From IMG/VR virus record IMGVR_UViG_3300027736_000021: a stretch of 64,000 bases of DNA, one strand, 5' to 3'. The notes beneath the pieces are model-generated. The model did not search any database. It saw only the letters and a list, made by a program, of their open reading frames with translations, and had not been told where the DNA came from. Both the position numbers and the translations under genes were made by a program. Numbering within the stretch: position 1 is the first letter of the stretch; the number at the start of each line of letters is the position of its first letter. The stretch is from a virus. Below, one piece after another: positions 20,223-32,061 of this stretch.

Positions 20223-20750
20223 ATGAATGTGGAGTTTTCAAATGCGTATCAAGAGGTTCTGCTTGAGAATTTAGATGTAATACTTAAGCAGAACTTTATG
20301 ATGCAAGCAAGATTAAAATTGCTTGAAAAAGAAGCAAATGTTCGTGCAGAAATGCAGGCAAAAATTGATGAGCTTACAGTAAAACACCAAGAAGCTTTGG
20401 AAAAAATTGGTCAAACGCAACATTATAAAATCCAAGCGGAAAATAATGATGCGATTGTTCAAGAAAAAACCAGAATTCAATCTGCTTTAAATGATACCAT
20501 GCGAGAACTTGGTACAACAAAAAGTAGTTTAGAAGTAAAAGATAGAGAGCTTGGTGAAATAAAAAACACCTTAGAAGCAAAAGAAAAAGAGATACAAGAA
20601 ATGAAATCTCGTGTTCTTGAATTAGAAAAATTAGTTCCTATTGCCTCTAAAGTTGTTAAAAAACCTACTGTAAAAACTGAAGAAAAGCCTGTTGAAATTT
20701 CTGCTACTGAAACCAATAAAGTAAGGGTTGAGGCTGGCGGTACATTTTAA
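20223..20750 (+). CDS. coiled-coil protein
   Basis: E/K-rich heptads, AAGGAG SD, ends GGTF. Confidence 0.65.
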   Translation: MNVEFSNAYQEVLLENLDVILKQNFMMQARLKLLEKEANVRAEMQAKIDELTVKHQEALEKIGQTQHYKIQAENNDAIVQEKTRIQSALNDTMRELGTTKSSLEVKDRELGEIKNTLEAKEKEIQEMKSRVLELEKLVPIASKVVKKPTVKTEEKPVEISATETNKVRVEAGGTF

Positions 20751-21820
20751 TGGCAAATACAGTAATACAACTTAAACACTCGACATTAACTGGCAATGTT
20801 CCATCATCGCTAGCTAATGGTGAAATTTCCATCAACAGTCGTGATGGAAAGTTTTTCTATTCCACTCCCGCTGGTGTAGTCACCACTCATTATCCTTATT
20901 TGGGACCAGCAGGTCTTAATAAGGAAATTCAATTCAATGATAGTGGCACTCTTGGTGCAAATGCTGGTCTTTCATTTGACAAAACTTCCGGTTCATTAAA
21001 TGTATCTACTACTCTTAATGTTAGTGGTAGAGATTTAGGTGCATATGCTAATGCGGCTTTCTTAGTTGCTAATACTCCAACTCATGTAGCGAATAGTGCC
21101 GCTAGTTATGCCAATTCATCATTTCTTGCAGCTAACACTCCAAGTAATGTGGCTAATAGTGCGGCCTCATATGCTAATGGTGCTTTCACTCGAGCAAATA
21201 ACAGTATTAATGCAAATACTGGTGGAACAATAACAGGCAATTTAACAATTAGTGGCAACCTGACTATGACAGGTGCCGGAAATATATCTGTTGCAAATAT
21301 TTCCATTACAAACAATTTAAGTGCAATTACAGCGGCTCTAACTGTTAACAGTATCACAACTGGTACTGGAACTGGCGGCACAATTGCAGGCGCAAATACA
21401 ATATATGCAAACACCTTTGTAGCTAATACTGGTGGTTTTATTCAGTTTGCAGATGGTTCAAAACAATTTACCGCTAATGCTGGCAGTGCTGGAACAACTG
21501 ATACTTTTGCAAGAGGCCAAGCTAATGCTGCCTTTATTCATGCAAATGCGGCTTTCAATCAAGCAAATACTGGCGGTGGTGGCACGACAGACTTTGGTTT
21601 TGGTATTATATACACCGCAAATAACAATACGTTTGCTAACGCCACAACGGCCAATGCTCAAGTTAATTTTGTGGGTGAAAACGGTACTGTTGTTTATGCA
21701 AACGCTACAACTAAAACAATCACTTTTGCTGGTACTCCAGGCCTTCAAGGATTAACCGTGGATTATGGATTTGTTAATGATCCAACTTACTATTCAATTG
21801 ATTACGGATCTTTAGCTTAA
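20750..21820 (+). CDS. tail fibre-like protein
   Basis: MANTVIQLKHS..PSSLANGEISIN; IQFNDSG; ends with two DYG motifs. Confidence 0.7.
   Translation: MANTVIQLKHSTLTGNVPSSLANGEISINSRDGKFFYSTPAGVVTTHYPYLGPAGLNKEIQFNDSGTLGANAGLSFDKTSGSLNVSTTLNVSGRDLGAYANAAFLVANTPTHVANSAASYANSSFLAANTPSNVANSAASYANGAFTRANNSINANTGGTITGNLTISGNLTMTGAGNISVANISITNNLSAITAALTVNSITTGTGTGGTIAGANTIYANTFVANTGGFIQFADGSKQFTANAGSAGTTDTFARGQANAAFIHANAAFNQANTGGGGTTDFGFGIIYTANNNTFANATTANAQVNFVGENGTVVYANATTKTITFAGTPGLQGLTVDYGFVNDPTYYSIDYGSLA
21042..21117 (+). repeat. 76-bp exact repeat, second copy at 23395-23470
   Basis: catatgctaatgcggc...gttatgccaattc identical in two different fibre genes. Confidence 0.9.
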
Positions 21821-21845
21821 TTTGGAACAACTATAAATAACTATT

Positions 21846-24086
21846 ATGTCAACACAAGTTCAATTTAGACGAGGTAATACAGCACAGACCAGCACATTTA
21901 CAGGTGCTACTGCTGAGATTACCGTAGATACCGATAAGAAAACAATAGTTGTCCATGATGGATCGACTGCTGGTGGCTTTGCTTTAGCTAGAGAAAATTC
22001 AAGTAATACTGCTGGTTCTTATGCCAACTCTGCATATGCCACCGCTAACTCGGCACAGTCATATGCTAACTCTGCTTTTGCAACTGCTAACACTTCTGCA
22101 GCTGCTGGTTCTTATAGTAACTCTGCATTTGGTGTTGCCAATTCAGCAGCCAGTTATGCAAATAGTGGATTTGCCGTTGCTAACTCAGCATCTTTATATG
22201 CCAATTCAGCATTTTTAGCTGCAAACAATTCTGCTGGTGTAAATCTAACTCAAAACACCAACATAACAAATGCTGGTACTTACGCTAACTCCGCTTTCTT
22301 AGTTGCTAATACTCCAAGTCATGTAGCAAATTCAGCTGCATCATACGCTAATGGTGCTTTCACTAGAGCCAATAATAGTATCAATGCAAATACTGGCGGA
22401 ACAATTTCTGGTAATCTTGTAATTGCTGGTGCAAACCTTGTTGTTTCTAATGGTGCAACAGAAGTTTTTAATGTAAGAAGTTCAAGCACTTCAGGTTTAC
22501 CTGCTACATCCAACTCAACTGGTACTGTAACAATTACCGGTGGTGTTGGTGTAAAAGGTAGTATCTACGCTGATGCTGTTTATGATGGTGATATTGAAAT
22601 TATAGCATATGCTAATACTGCTTTCTTAGCTGCCAATACCCCAAGTCATGTTGCCAATTCAGCGGCCAGTTATGCTAATTCTGGTTTTGCCGTATCTAAC
22701 TCGGCTGCATCTTATGCTAACTCTGCATTTGCTGTAGCTAATAACGGTGTGGGTATTGATGCTACACAAAACACTAATATAACAAATGCTGGTACATATG
22801 CCAACTCAGCGTTTACAACTGCCAATACTCCAACTCATGTAGCAAATAGTGCTGCTAGTTACGCTAATTCAGGATTTGCAGTAGCTAATTCTAGCGCAAG
22901 TTACGCTAATAGTGCTTTTATAGCTGCTAACAACAGCCTTGGTATTGATTTAACACAGAATACGAATATTACAAATGCTGGTACATATGCCAATTCTGCT
23001 TACACAAGAGCAAACAATTCATTAAATGCAAATACTGGCGGTTCAATTACTGGTGATATTTCAATAACTGGTAATTTAACTGTAACTGGTAATACAACTT
23101 ACACCAATACAAGAACAGTTTTAATTGCAGATAATATTATTACAGTTAATGCCGCAATCGACCAAGCAGCACAACCAGCAGTTAATGCTGGTATTGAAGT
23201 TGACCGTGGCGCTCAACCAAATTCTTCGTTTTTATGGATTGAAACCTCTGGTAAATGGGCAGCAAATAATGGTAATGGTGCAATATTCATTGCAGCTGAT
23301 TCAGCAGAATCTTATGCTAATGCAGCTTTTGCTTCTGCAAATTTAATTAATGGTGTTGATTTAACACAAAACACCAACATTACAAATGCTGGAACATATG
23401 CTAATGCGGCTTTCTTAGTTGCTAATACTCCAACTCATGTAGCGAATAGTGCCGCTAGTTATGCCAATTCTGCTTTTATAGTTGCTAACAATAGTTTAGG
23501 TATTGATACAACTCAAAATACCAATATTACAAATGCTGGCACTTATGCTAATAGTGCTTTTGCAGCTGCCAATGCAGCTACAGCAACTGATACTACACAA
23601 AATGCTAGCATTACAGCTGCATTTACCGCAGCTAATGCTGCTTTCTTACAAGCAAATACACCAAGTAATGTAGCAAATTCTGCTGCTAGTTACGCTAACT
23701 CAGCATTTGTTTCTGCCAATTCCGCTGGTGTTTATGCAAACTCATCATTTATAACTGCCAATACGCCAAGTAATGTAGCAAACTCAGCCGCTTCTTATGC
23801 TAATTCAGGATTTACAACCGCTAATTCTGCCGCTGCGTATGCTAACTCTGCATTTTCAGCTGCTAATTCAGCTTCAGGTGCTGCAGCTGCCGGTTCTTAT
23901 GCCAATTCAGCATTTGCAACTGCTAATAATTCTGCTGGTGTAAATCTAACACAAAACACTTCTATAACATCTGCATTTGCTGCCGCTAACTCAGCAGGCA
24001 TATATGCTAATAGTGCTTTTGCTCAAGCAAATAGTGGTGGAGTTACAATTGGTGATGTGTTGGCTCTCTCAATCGCACTAGGATAA
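21846..24086 (+). CDS. tail fibre protein with Mtd-like N-terminal domain and ANSA heptad stalk
   Basis: QVQFRRG..FTGA.AEITVDTDK..VVHDGSTAGG; ends LALSIALG. Confidence 0.7.
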   Translation: MSTQVQFRRGNTAQTSTFTGATAEITVDTDKKTIVVHDGSTAGGFALARENSSNTAGSYANSAYATANSAQSYANSAFATANTSAAAGSYSNSAFGVANSAASYANSGFAVANSASLYANSAFLAANNSAGVNLTQNTNITNAGTYANSAFLVANTPSHVANSAASYANGAFTRANNSINANTGGTISGNLVIAGANLVVSNGATEVFNVRSSSTSGLPATSNSTGTVTITGGVGVKGSIYADAVYDGDIEIIAYANTAFLAANTPSHVANSAASYANSGFAVSNSAASYANSAFAVANNGVGIDATQNTNITNAGTYANSAFTTANTPTHVANSAASYANSGFAVANSSASYANSAFIAANNSLGIDLTQNTNITNAGTYANSAYTRANNSLNANTGGSITGDISITGNLTVTGNTTYTNTRTVLIADNIITVNAAIDQAAQPAVNAGIEVDRGAQPNSSFLWIETSGKWAANNGNGAIFIAADSAESYANAAFASANLINGVDLTQNTNITNAGTYANAAFLVANTPTHVANSAASYANSAFIVANNSLGIDTTQNTNITNAGTYANSAFAAANAATATDTTQNASITAAFTAANAAFLQANTPSNVANSAASYANSAFVSANSAGVYANSSFITANTPSNVANSAASYANSGFTTANSAAAYANSAFSAANSASGAAAAGSYANSAFATANNSAGVNLTQNTSITSAFAAANSAGIYANSAFAQANSGGVTIGDVLALSIALG

Positions 24087-24096
24087 ATAAAACACC

Positions 24097-25050
24097 ATGT
24101 CTAAACCATCAACTCGTGCTGAACTAAAAGAATACTGTTTAAGAAAACTTGGTAAACCTGTCATTGAAATTAACGTGGATGATGACCAAGTAGATGACCG
24201 TATTGATGAGGCCTTTAGCTTCTTTGAAGATTATCATTTTGATGGTACTGAAAAAATCTTTATGAAGCACCAACTTACGGCTGAAGATATTAATCGCCGT
24301 TGGATTTATGCACCAGATGCGGTTACATTTGTAACAGGTGTGTTTCCGTTTGATGATTCTAATGCTTCTATTAATATGTTTGATTTGCGTTATCAGTTAC
24401 GCTTAAATGACCTCTATGACTTTACCTCAGTAAGTTATGTGTCTTATGAAATTACAATGCAACACATAAGAACTTTACAACTGCTATTTTCCGGCACACC
24501 ACAATTTAGATTTAATCGCAAACAAAACAAAGTATTCCTTGATATAGATTGGACAAGAGATGTTCAACCTGGCCAATATGTTGTTATTGAATGTTATCGC
24601 ACATTAAACCCACAAACAATTACTTTAACTGGCACTTGTGCAACAACAGCTAATGCAAATACAGTAGTTGGAACAGGTACAATATTTGACCAACAATTGT
24701 TAGAAAATGATTTTGTTACCTTTGGTACAGAAACATTACAGATTGATAAAATTAATTCACCAACATCTATCACAGTTCGTGGCCCATTTACAACAACACA
24801 AGCTGGTGCAACAATGACTGCTGCTGGATATTCAGATGTTTGGAATGATAGATTCTTAAAGAAATATACTACTGCATTGATTAAACTTCAATGGGGTAAT
24901 AATCTTAGTAAATTCGCTGGTATACAAATGCCTGGTGGTGTAACACTTGATGGTGTTCGCATTATGACTGAAGCTCGTGAAGAAATTGAAAAACTTGAAG
25001 AAGAAATGCAAATTATCAATGTATTGCCTGGCGAGATAATGATGGGTTGA
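24097..25050 (+). CDS. gp13: neck protein gp13
   Basis: LKEYCLRKLGKPVIEINVDDDQVDDRID..QWGNNLSKF..PGGVTLDG. Confidence 0.92.
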   Translation: MSKPSTRAELKEYCLRKLGKPVIEINVDDDQVDDRIDEAFSFFEDYHFDGTEKIFMKHQLTAEDINRRWIYAPDAVTFVTGVFPFDDSNASINMFDLRYQLRLNDLYDFTSVSYVSYEITMQHIRTLQLLFSGTPQFRFNRKQNKVFLDIDWTRDVQPGQYVVIECYRTLNPQTITLTGTCATTANANTVVGTGTIFDQQLLENDFVTFGTETLQIDKINSPTSITVRGPFTTTQAGATMTAAGYSDVWNDRFLKKYTTALIKLQWGNNLSKFAGIQMPGGVTLDGVRIMTEAREEIEKLEEEMQIINVLPGEIMMG

Positions 25051-25056
25051 TAATGA

Positions 25057-25950
25057 ATGCCTACCAACTTTTACTTTAATCCATTTCCATTAAATCAAAT
25101 TACCAGCGAGCAATTGCTGGTGGAAGACCTTGTCATTGAGGCCATGCAAATCTATGGCATGGACATTTACTATATGCCAAGAAGTTCTCGTGATTCAGTA
25201 GATTTATTGTATGGTGAAGATACATTAAAAACATATACTTCGGCTTTTGCACTTGAAATGTACCTTGAAGATGTTACTGGTATGGAAGGTGAAGGTGATT
25301 TTATGTCCAAATTTGGGCTTGAAATCCGAGACGATTTAACACTTTTAGTTTCTCGCCGTAGGTTTGCATTTACTGTAAATCAACTTCGACCAAATGAAGG
25401 CGATTTGATTTATATTCCTATGTTACAAAACTTTTTTGAAATTACCTTTGTAGAGCATGAAAATGGTCAGGCCATGTATTACACATTAGGTCGTGGTCGT
25501 GGCGGTAATGTTTATGTGTATGCATTGAAATTAAAACAGTTTGTATTTTCTAATGAAGTTGTTGAAACAGGCAATGCTGAAATTGATGGTCAAATCAGAG
25601 ATGCATACCCACGCACACGCCTCACACTAAACGCTGGTGGTTCAGGTGCATTTGTTAATGATGAGATTGTATTTGTAAGTCCTGATGCCACATATGCTAA
25701 TGCAACAGCACAAGCTATTGTTCACAACTATGTAACTGGTAGTTCCGTTGATGTTTATAGAGTTAGAGGAACATTTACTACTGGCACATTAAGAGGTAAA
25801 ACTAGTAGTGCGGCTTGGGGATTAAATACTGTTTCTGACACCTCAACAATGGATAATGCCTTTGAAGATATTGTAGATAATAATCGCATTGAAACCGAAT
25901 CAGATGCTATTATTGATTTTACAGAACACAATCCATTTGGTGAAGCTTAA
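25057..25950 (+). CDS. gp14: neck protein gp14
   Basis: EQLLVEDLVIEA..SKFGLEIRD..RPNEGDLIY..NPFGE. Confidence 0.92.
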   Translation: MPTNFYFNPFPLNQITSEQLLVEDLVIEAMQIYGMDIYYMPRSSRDSVDLLYGEDTLKTYTSAFALEMYLEDVTGMEGEGDFMSKFGLEIRDDLTLLVSRRRFAFTVNQLRPNEGDLIYIPMLQNFFEITFVEHENGQAMYYTLGRGRGGNVYVYALKLKQFVFSNEVVETGNAEIDGQIRDAYPRTRLTLNAGGSGAFVNDEIVFVSPDATYANATAQAIVHNYVTGSSVDVYRVRGTFTTGTLRGKTSSAAWGLNTVSDTSTMDNAFEDIVDNNRIETESDAIIDFTEHNPFGEA

Positions 25951-26954
25951 TGTTAGGTAATGCACACTTTTATAACCGAACGATTCGCAAAATTGTTGTT
26001 GCGTTTGGTTCTATGTTTAATGATATTCTTTTGACTCGTTATTCAAAAGATGGGTCAACAGCATATGAAATTACTAAAGTACCTTTATCATATGGTGCAA
26101 AAGAAAAATACTTAGTTCGTTTACAGTCTGACCCAAATCTTACAAAGTCTATTGCAACAACTGTACCTCGCATGAGTTTTGATTTGGTTGGAATGACATA
26201 TGACACCACAAGAAAACAACAATCTACACTACAAAACTTTGGGTTTAGTTCTGGTTCTTTTAGAAGCCAGTATGCACCTGTTCCATATAATTTTGATTTT
26301 AACTTATCAATCTATGTTCGTAACACAGAAGATGGTACACAGATACTAGAACAAATACTGCCATTTTTTACACCAGATTTTACAGTAACAATTGATTTCA
26401 TTAGCCAAATGGATCAAAAGTATGATATGCCTGTTATTCTCAATTCAGTAAGCCCTGAAGTTGATTATGAAGGCGACTTTATGAACACTCGTTTAATTAT
26501 TTGGAATCTTACATTTACTGCAAAGGCATATATCTGGCCTCCAGTATCCGCTAATAATTCAAGTAAACTTATTACTAAAGCCAATACAAATATATTTACT
26601 GATTCTACTAATTTAGATGCACAAAAAGTATATGTTAATATGGCAACAGGTTTTGGAGTATATACAACAGGTGAAGATATTATAGTTGAAAAGCGAGGTG
26701 TAACAGGTAAAGTATTATACTTTAGTAATACCGCAGACGGTACATTGGTGTTAACAAACTTGAATAAAAAAGTTCAAGCAAATGATAAAGTAACTGGAGT
26801 TTATTCCAATTCAACTTTTACCATTTCAACTGTATCTCAATCACAAACAAAAGCGGTAGCAATTGTAATAACACCTAATCCAGCAAATGCAAATGGAAAT
26901 GGCGTATATGGATTTGAAGAAACATTTACTGAATGGCCTGATACTTTAATATGA
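25950..26954 (+). CDS. gp15: tail sheath stabiliser gp15
   Basis: HFYNRTIRKIVVAFGSMFN..PRMSF..QILEQILPFFTP. Confidence 0.92.
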   Translation: MLGNAHFYNRTIRKIVVAFGSMFNDILLTRYSKDGSTAYEITKVPLSYGAKEKYLVRLQSDPNLTKSIATTVPRMSFDLVGMTYDTTRKQQSTLQNFGFSSGSFRSQYAPVPYNFDFNLSIYVRNTEDGTQILEQILPFFTPDFTVTIDFISQMDQKYDMPVILNSVSPEVDYEGDFMNTRLIIWNLTFTAKAYIWPPVSANNSSKLITKANTNIFTDSTNLDAQKVYVNMATGFGVYTTGEDIIVEKRGVTGKVLYFSNTADGTLVLTNLNKKVQANDKVTGVYSNSTFTISTVSQSQTKAVAIVITPNPANANGNGVYGFEETFTEWPDTLI

Positions 26955-27358
26955 AAAAATTGAACGACAACTTATCTGAAATCTTTGACATTGAACCAAT
27001 GGAACAACCAGAAGTTTTGCCTGCGGTCAAACCAACCACAGAGGTAATTGCCTCCGATGAAGTGGAAACTGACGCAGCTTTAGCAAGAAAAAACATTAAA
27101 GGTTTACTAGATAAAGGTGGTGCAGCCATAGATAATCTATTGTTAGTTGCACAAGAATCTGAGCACCCACGAGCATATGAAGTTGCCGCTAATTTTATTA
27201 AAACATTAGGTGACTTGAACAAAGACTTGTTAGAGATTCAAAAACAAAAACAAAGCTTACGACCAGTTGAGATAAACAATCAATCTATTAATGTTGAAAA
27301 AGCAGTATTTGTTGGATCTACCGCAGAATTACTTAAACAAATTAGAGAGAATAAATAA
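26951..27358 (+). CDS. gp16: terminase small subunit gp16
   Basis: ESEHPRAYEV..VFVGSTAELLK. Confidence 0.9.
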   Translation: MKKLNDNLSEIFDIEPMEQPEVLPAVKPTTEVIASDEVETDAALARKNIKGLLDKGGAAIDNLLLVAQESEHPRAYEVAANFIKTLGDLNKDLLEIQKQKQSLRPVEINNQSINVEKAVFVGSTAELLKQIRENK

Positions 27359-27362
27359 TACC

Positions 27363-27797
27363 ATGGAACAATTAATTGAACAAATGAAAACAATTTTAGG
27401 TACAACCTTTGGGTTGTATTTTAAGGCACACTCATACCATTGGAACATTGAGGGTCCTGATTTTGCACAATACCATGATTTTTTAGGTAATTTTTACACT
27501 GGCGTTTTTGCCAATGTTGACCCAATCGCAGAACATATTCGTGCCTTAAATTCATATGCACCAGTATCATTAAGTAGAATGTTAGAACTATCTGATATTG
27601 AAGAAACAGATACCGTTCCATCAGCATTAACAATGTTGTCAAATCTAAAAAATGATAACGAAAGATATATGATGCATTTGCGTGCTGGTATTGCCGCAGC
27701 TGAAGGTGCAAATGAGCCAGCCGTTGGTAATTTTCTACAAGACATTTTAGACCAACATCAAAAACAAGGTTGGATGTTAAGAAGTTTTACAAAATAA
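27363..27797 (+). CDS. dps: Dps/ferritin-like protein
   Basis: KAHSYHWNIEGPDFAQYHDF..DPIAEHIRAL..HQKQGWMLRS ferroxidase motifs. Confidence 0.88.
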   Translation: MEQLIEQMKTILGTTFGLYFKAHSYHWNIEGPDFAQYHDFLGNFYTGVFANVDPIAEHIRALNSYAPVSLSRMLELSDIEETDTVPSALTMLSNLKNDNERYMMHLRAGIAAAEGANEPAVGNFLQDILDQHQKQGWMLRSFTK

Positions 27798-27801
27798 TTG
27801 A

Positions 27802-29487
<1,686 letters not shown>

Positions 29488-29540
29488 AAAACTAAATAGT
29501 CTATAAAGAAAAAATTGACCCGTAAACTAAGGAGAAATCC

Positions 29541-31445
29541 ATGGCATTTCAGCTATCACCTGGAATAAATGTATCAGAAATTGACCTGACCACAATTGTT
29601 CCTTCCGTTGCCACCTCAATCGGTGGTATTGCTGGAAATTTTAATTGGGGTCCAGTAAATGAAGTGGTTACCGTGTCTGACGAGGTTACTCTTGTTGACC
29701 GTTTTGGTAAGCCAGACAGCACAAATTATGAATACTGGTTCTCAACTGCAAATTTTCTTGCATATTCAAATAATCTAAAAATTGTTCGTGCCGCTAACAC
29801 GACATCTACTCTTAATGCCACTGCTAACGCATCTGGTATTTTGATTGAAAATGAAAGTGATTATGAAAATAACCACGAAAACGCATCAAACGCAACTTAT
29901 GGACCGTTTGCAGCTCGTTGCGCTGGCGATTTAGGCAATTCGTTGCGTGTTTCTATTTGCCCTTCTTCACAGGCTTTTTCTGCTAACTTATCAGTTACAG
30001 ATTCATTAAGAACTAATGCTGTTACATCTGGTACTACCGTAATTAATGTTCAAGGTAATGCAAATGCAGCTGCAAATATTGCTGCCGGCGATTTAATTTC
30101 TGTTACTGGTGGAACATCATACATTCGTGTTGCTTCTGTTAACACAACCGCAATTATTGTTGCAACAGCAATTACTGCTAACGTAGCCAATTCTACACCA
30201 ATTTTAAAGAAATGGCAATATGCTGACGAATTTGGTGTTGCTCCAAGCACATCATCGTATGTAACAGATAAAGGTGGTAGTGGTGATGAAATGCACATTA
30301 TCATTATTGACGAAGATGGTAAATTTAGTGGTACTGCAAACACAGTATTAGAAAAATATGCTTTTGTTTCTAAAGCATCTGATGCAATTTCTAATGATGG
30401 ATCTTCAAATTTTTATAAAACGGTTTTAAATGAACAATCACAATACGTTTGGTGGATGGCACATCAGCCTGGTTCATCTAATTGGGGAACTGCAGCTTCA
30501 GGAATAACATATACAAACCTAAACAACGCATGGTATTCATCATTGAGTGCTGGTGCAAATGGTACAATTGGTAATTCTGAAATTATTACTGCATACGGAT
30601 TCTTTGCTAATCCAGATGTTGTTGATGTATCGTTACTTATTTCTGGACCAGGAAATGCAACAGTAGCGGCAAGTTTAATATCTACTGTTGAATCTCGTAA
30701 AGATTGTTTAGTATTTTTGTCTCCAACCAGAGCTTCTGTTGTTAACAATGCAGGTTCAGAATCGACAAGTATTCTTTCTTTCCGTGCAGGATTAACAAGT
30801 TCATCCTATGCTGTATTGGATTCTGGTTACAAATATCAATATGACAAATACAATGATGTTTATCGTTATGTGCCATTAAATGGTGACATAGCTGGTGTTT
30901 GTGCTCGCACAGACCTTGAGCGTGACCCATGGTTCTCACCTGGCGGTTTAAATCGTGGTATCATTAAGAATGTTATTAAGTTGGCTTATAATCCAACTAA
31001 AGCTGAGCGTGATAACCTGTATGTTCAAGGTATCAATCCAGTTGTAACATTCCAAGGTGAAGGTACAATTCTGTTTGGCGATAAGACAATGTTAAATCGT
31101 CCTTCCGTATTTGACCGTATTAATGTTCGCCGTCTTTTTGTTGTGCTTGAGAAGTCAATTGCTCGTGCAGCTCGTTCAACCTTATTTGAATTTAACGACC
31201 AATTTACTCGTGCTCAGTTTGTAAACTTAGTAGAACCATACCTGCGTGATGTTCAAGGTCGCCGTGGTATTACTGATTTCCGTGTTGTTTGCGATACTAC
31301 AAACAATACACCAGAAGTCATTGACAGCAATCGTTTTGTAGGCGATATCTACATCAAACCAGCTCGTTCAGTCAACTTCATTCAACTTAACTTTGTGGCT
31401 GTTCGCACAGGTGTTTCGTTTGAAGAAATCGTTGGCCGGTTCTAA
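29541..31445 (+). CDS. gp18: tail sheath protein gp18
   Basis: MAFQLSPGINVSEIDLT..PWFSPGG..FDRINVRRLF. Confidence 0.97.
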   Translation: MAFQLSPGINVSEIDLTTIVPSVATSIGGIAGNFNWGPVNEVVTVSDEVTLVDRFGKPDSTNYEYWFSTANFLAYSNNLKIVRAANTTSTLNATANASGILIENESDYENNHENASNATYGPFAARCAGDLGNSLRVSICPSSQAFSANLSVTDSLRTNAVTSGTTVINVQGNANAAANIAAGDLISVTGGTSYIRVASVNTTAIIVATAITANVANSTPILKKWQYADEFGVAPSTSSYVTDKGGSGDEMHIIIIDEDGKFSGTANTVLEKYAFVSKASDAISNDGSSNFYKTVLNEQSQYVWWMAHQPGSSNWGTAASGITYTNLNNAWYSSLSAGANGTIGNSEIITAYGFFANPDVVDVSLLISGPGNATVAASLISTVESRKDCLVFLSPTRASVVNNAGSESTSILSFRAGLTSSSYAVLDSGYKYQYDKYNDVYRYVPLNGDIAGVCARTDLERDPWFSPGGLNRGIIKNVIKLAYNPTKAERDNLYVQGINPVVTFQGEGTILFGDKTMLNRPSVFDRINVRRLFVVLEKSIARAARSTLFEFNDQFTRAQFVNLVEPYLRDVQGRRGITDFRVVCDTTNNTPEVIDSNRFVGDIYIKPARSVNFIQLNFVAVRTGVSFEEIVGRF

Positions 31446-31471
31446 TAAATAGAAAAACAGGAGATATTTAA

Positions 31472-32017
31472 ATGGCATTTTCAGTAAACGAATTTAGAAG
31501 CCAAATGGTGGGCGATGGTGCTCGTCCAAATTTATTTGAAGTTTCTATGCCGTTTCCTGGTTTTTCTTCACCAGGAAATGCACAAACAAAACTTACTTTT
31601 ATGTGTAAAACAGCACAATTACCAGGATCAACAGTTGGTGTAGTTCCTGTTCAATACTTTGGTCGTGAACTAAAGTTTGCAGGCAATCGCACATTCCAGG
31701 ATTGGGTAATTACGGTCATTAACGATGAAGATTTTGTTGTTCGCAATGCTTTTGAGCGTTGGTTGAATGGCATTAACAGTCATAGTTTGAATGTTCGCAA
31801 CCCTTTAGCACAAACACCTGGTAGTTATACAGTTGATTCTGATGTAACACAGTTTTCTAAAGCTGGTGAACCACTTAAAAAATATAGATTTTTAGGTACA
31901 TTCCCAACAGACCTTTCACCAATTGATGTTGATTGGGGTTCAAACGATACTATTGAAGAATTTACCGTAACTCTGTCCTACCAATGGTGGGAATCAGTAG
32001 AAACCGGTGTCGTGTAA
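31472..32017 (+). CDS. gp19: tail tube protein gp19
   Basis: GARPNLFEV..FAGNRTFQDW..IEEFTVTLSYQWW. Confidence 0.96.
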   Translation: MAFSVNEFRSQMVGDGARPNLFEVSMPFPGFSSPGNAQTKLTFMCKTAQLPGSTVGVVPVQYFGRELKFAGNRTFQDWVITVINDEDFVVRNAFERWLNGINSHSLNVRNPLAQTPGSYTVDSDVTQFSKAGEPLKKYRFLGTFPTDLSPIDVDWGSNDTIEEFTVTLSYQWWESVETGVV

Positions 32018-32018
32018 G

Positions 32019-32048
32019 AAGAAGGACTTCGGTCCTTCTTTACTTTTT
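32019..32048 (+). terminator. intrinsic terminator with C(UUCG)G loop
   Basis: AAGAAGGAC-TTCG-GTCCTTCTT plus T-rich tail. Confidence 0.8.
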
Positions 32049-32061
32049 AGGATGATATAAT

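Noticed and set aside
18680-24040. CRISPR-like or non-coding tandem array
   Set aside because: The periodicity is in-frame protein repeats with synonymous variation, not repeat-spacer units
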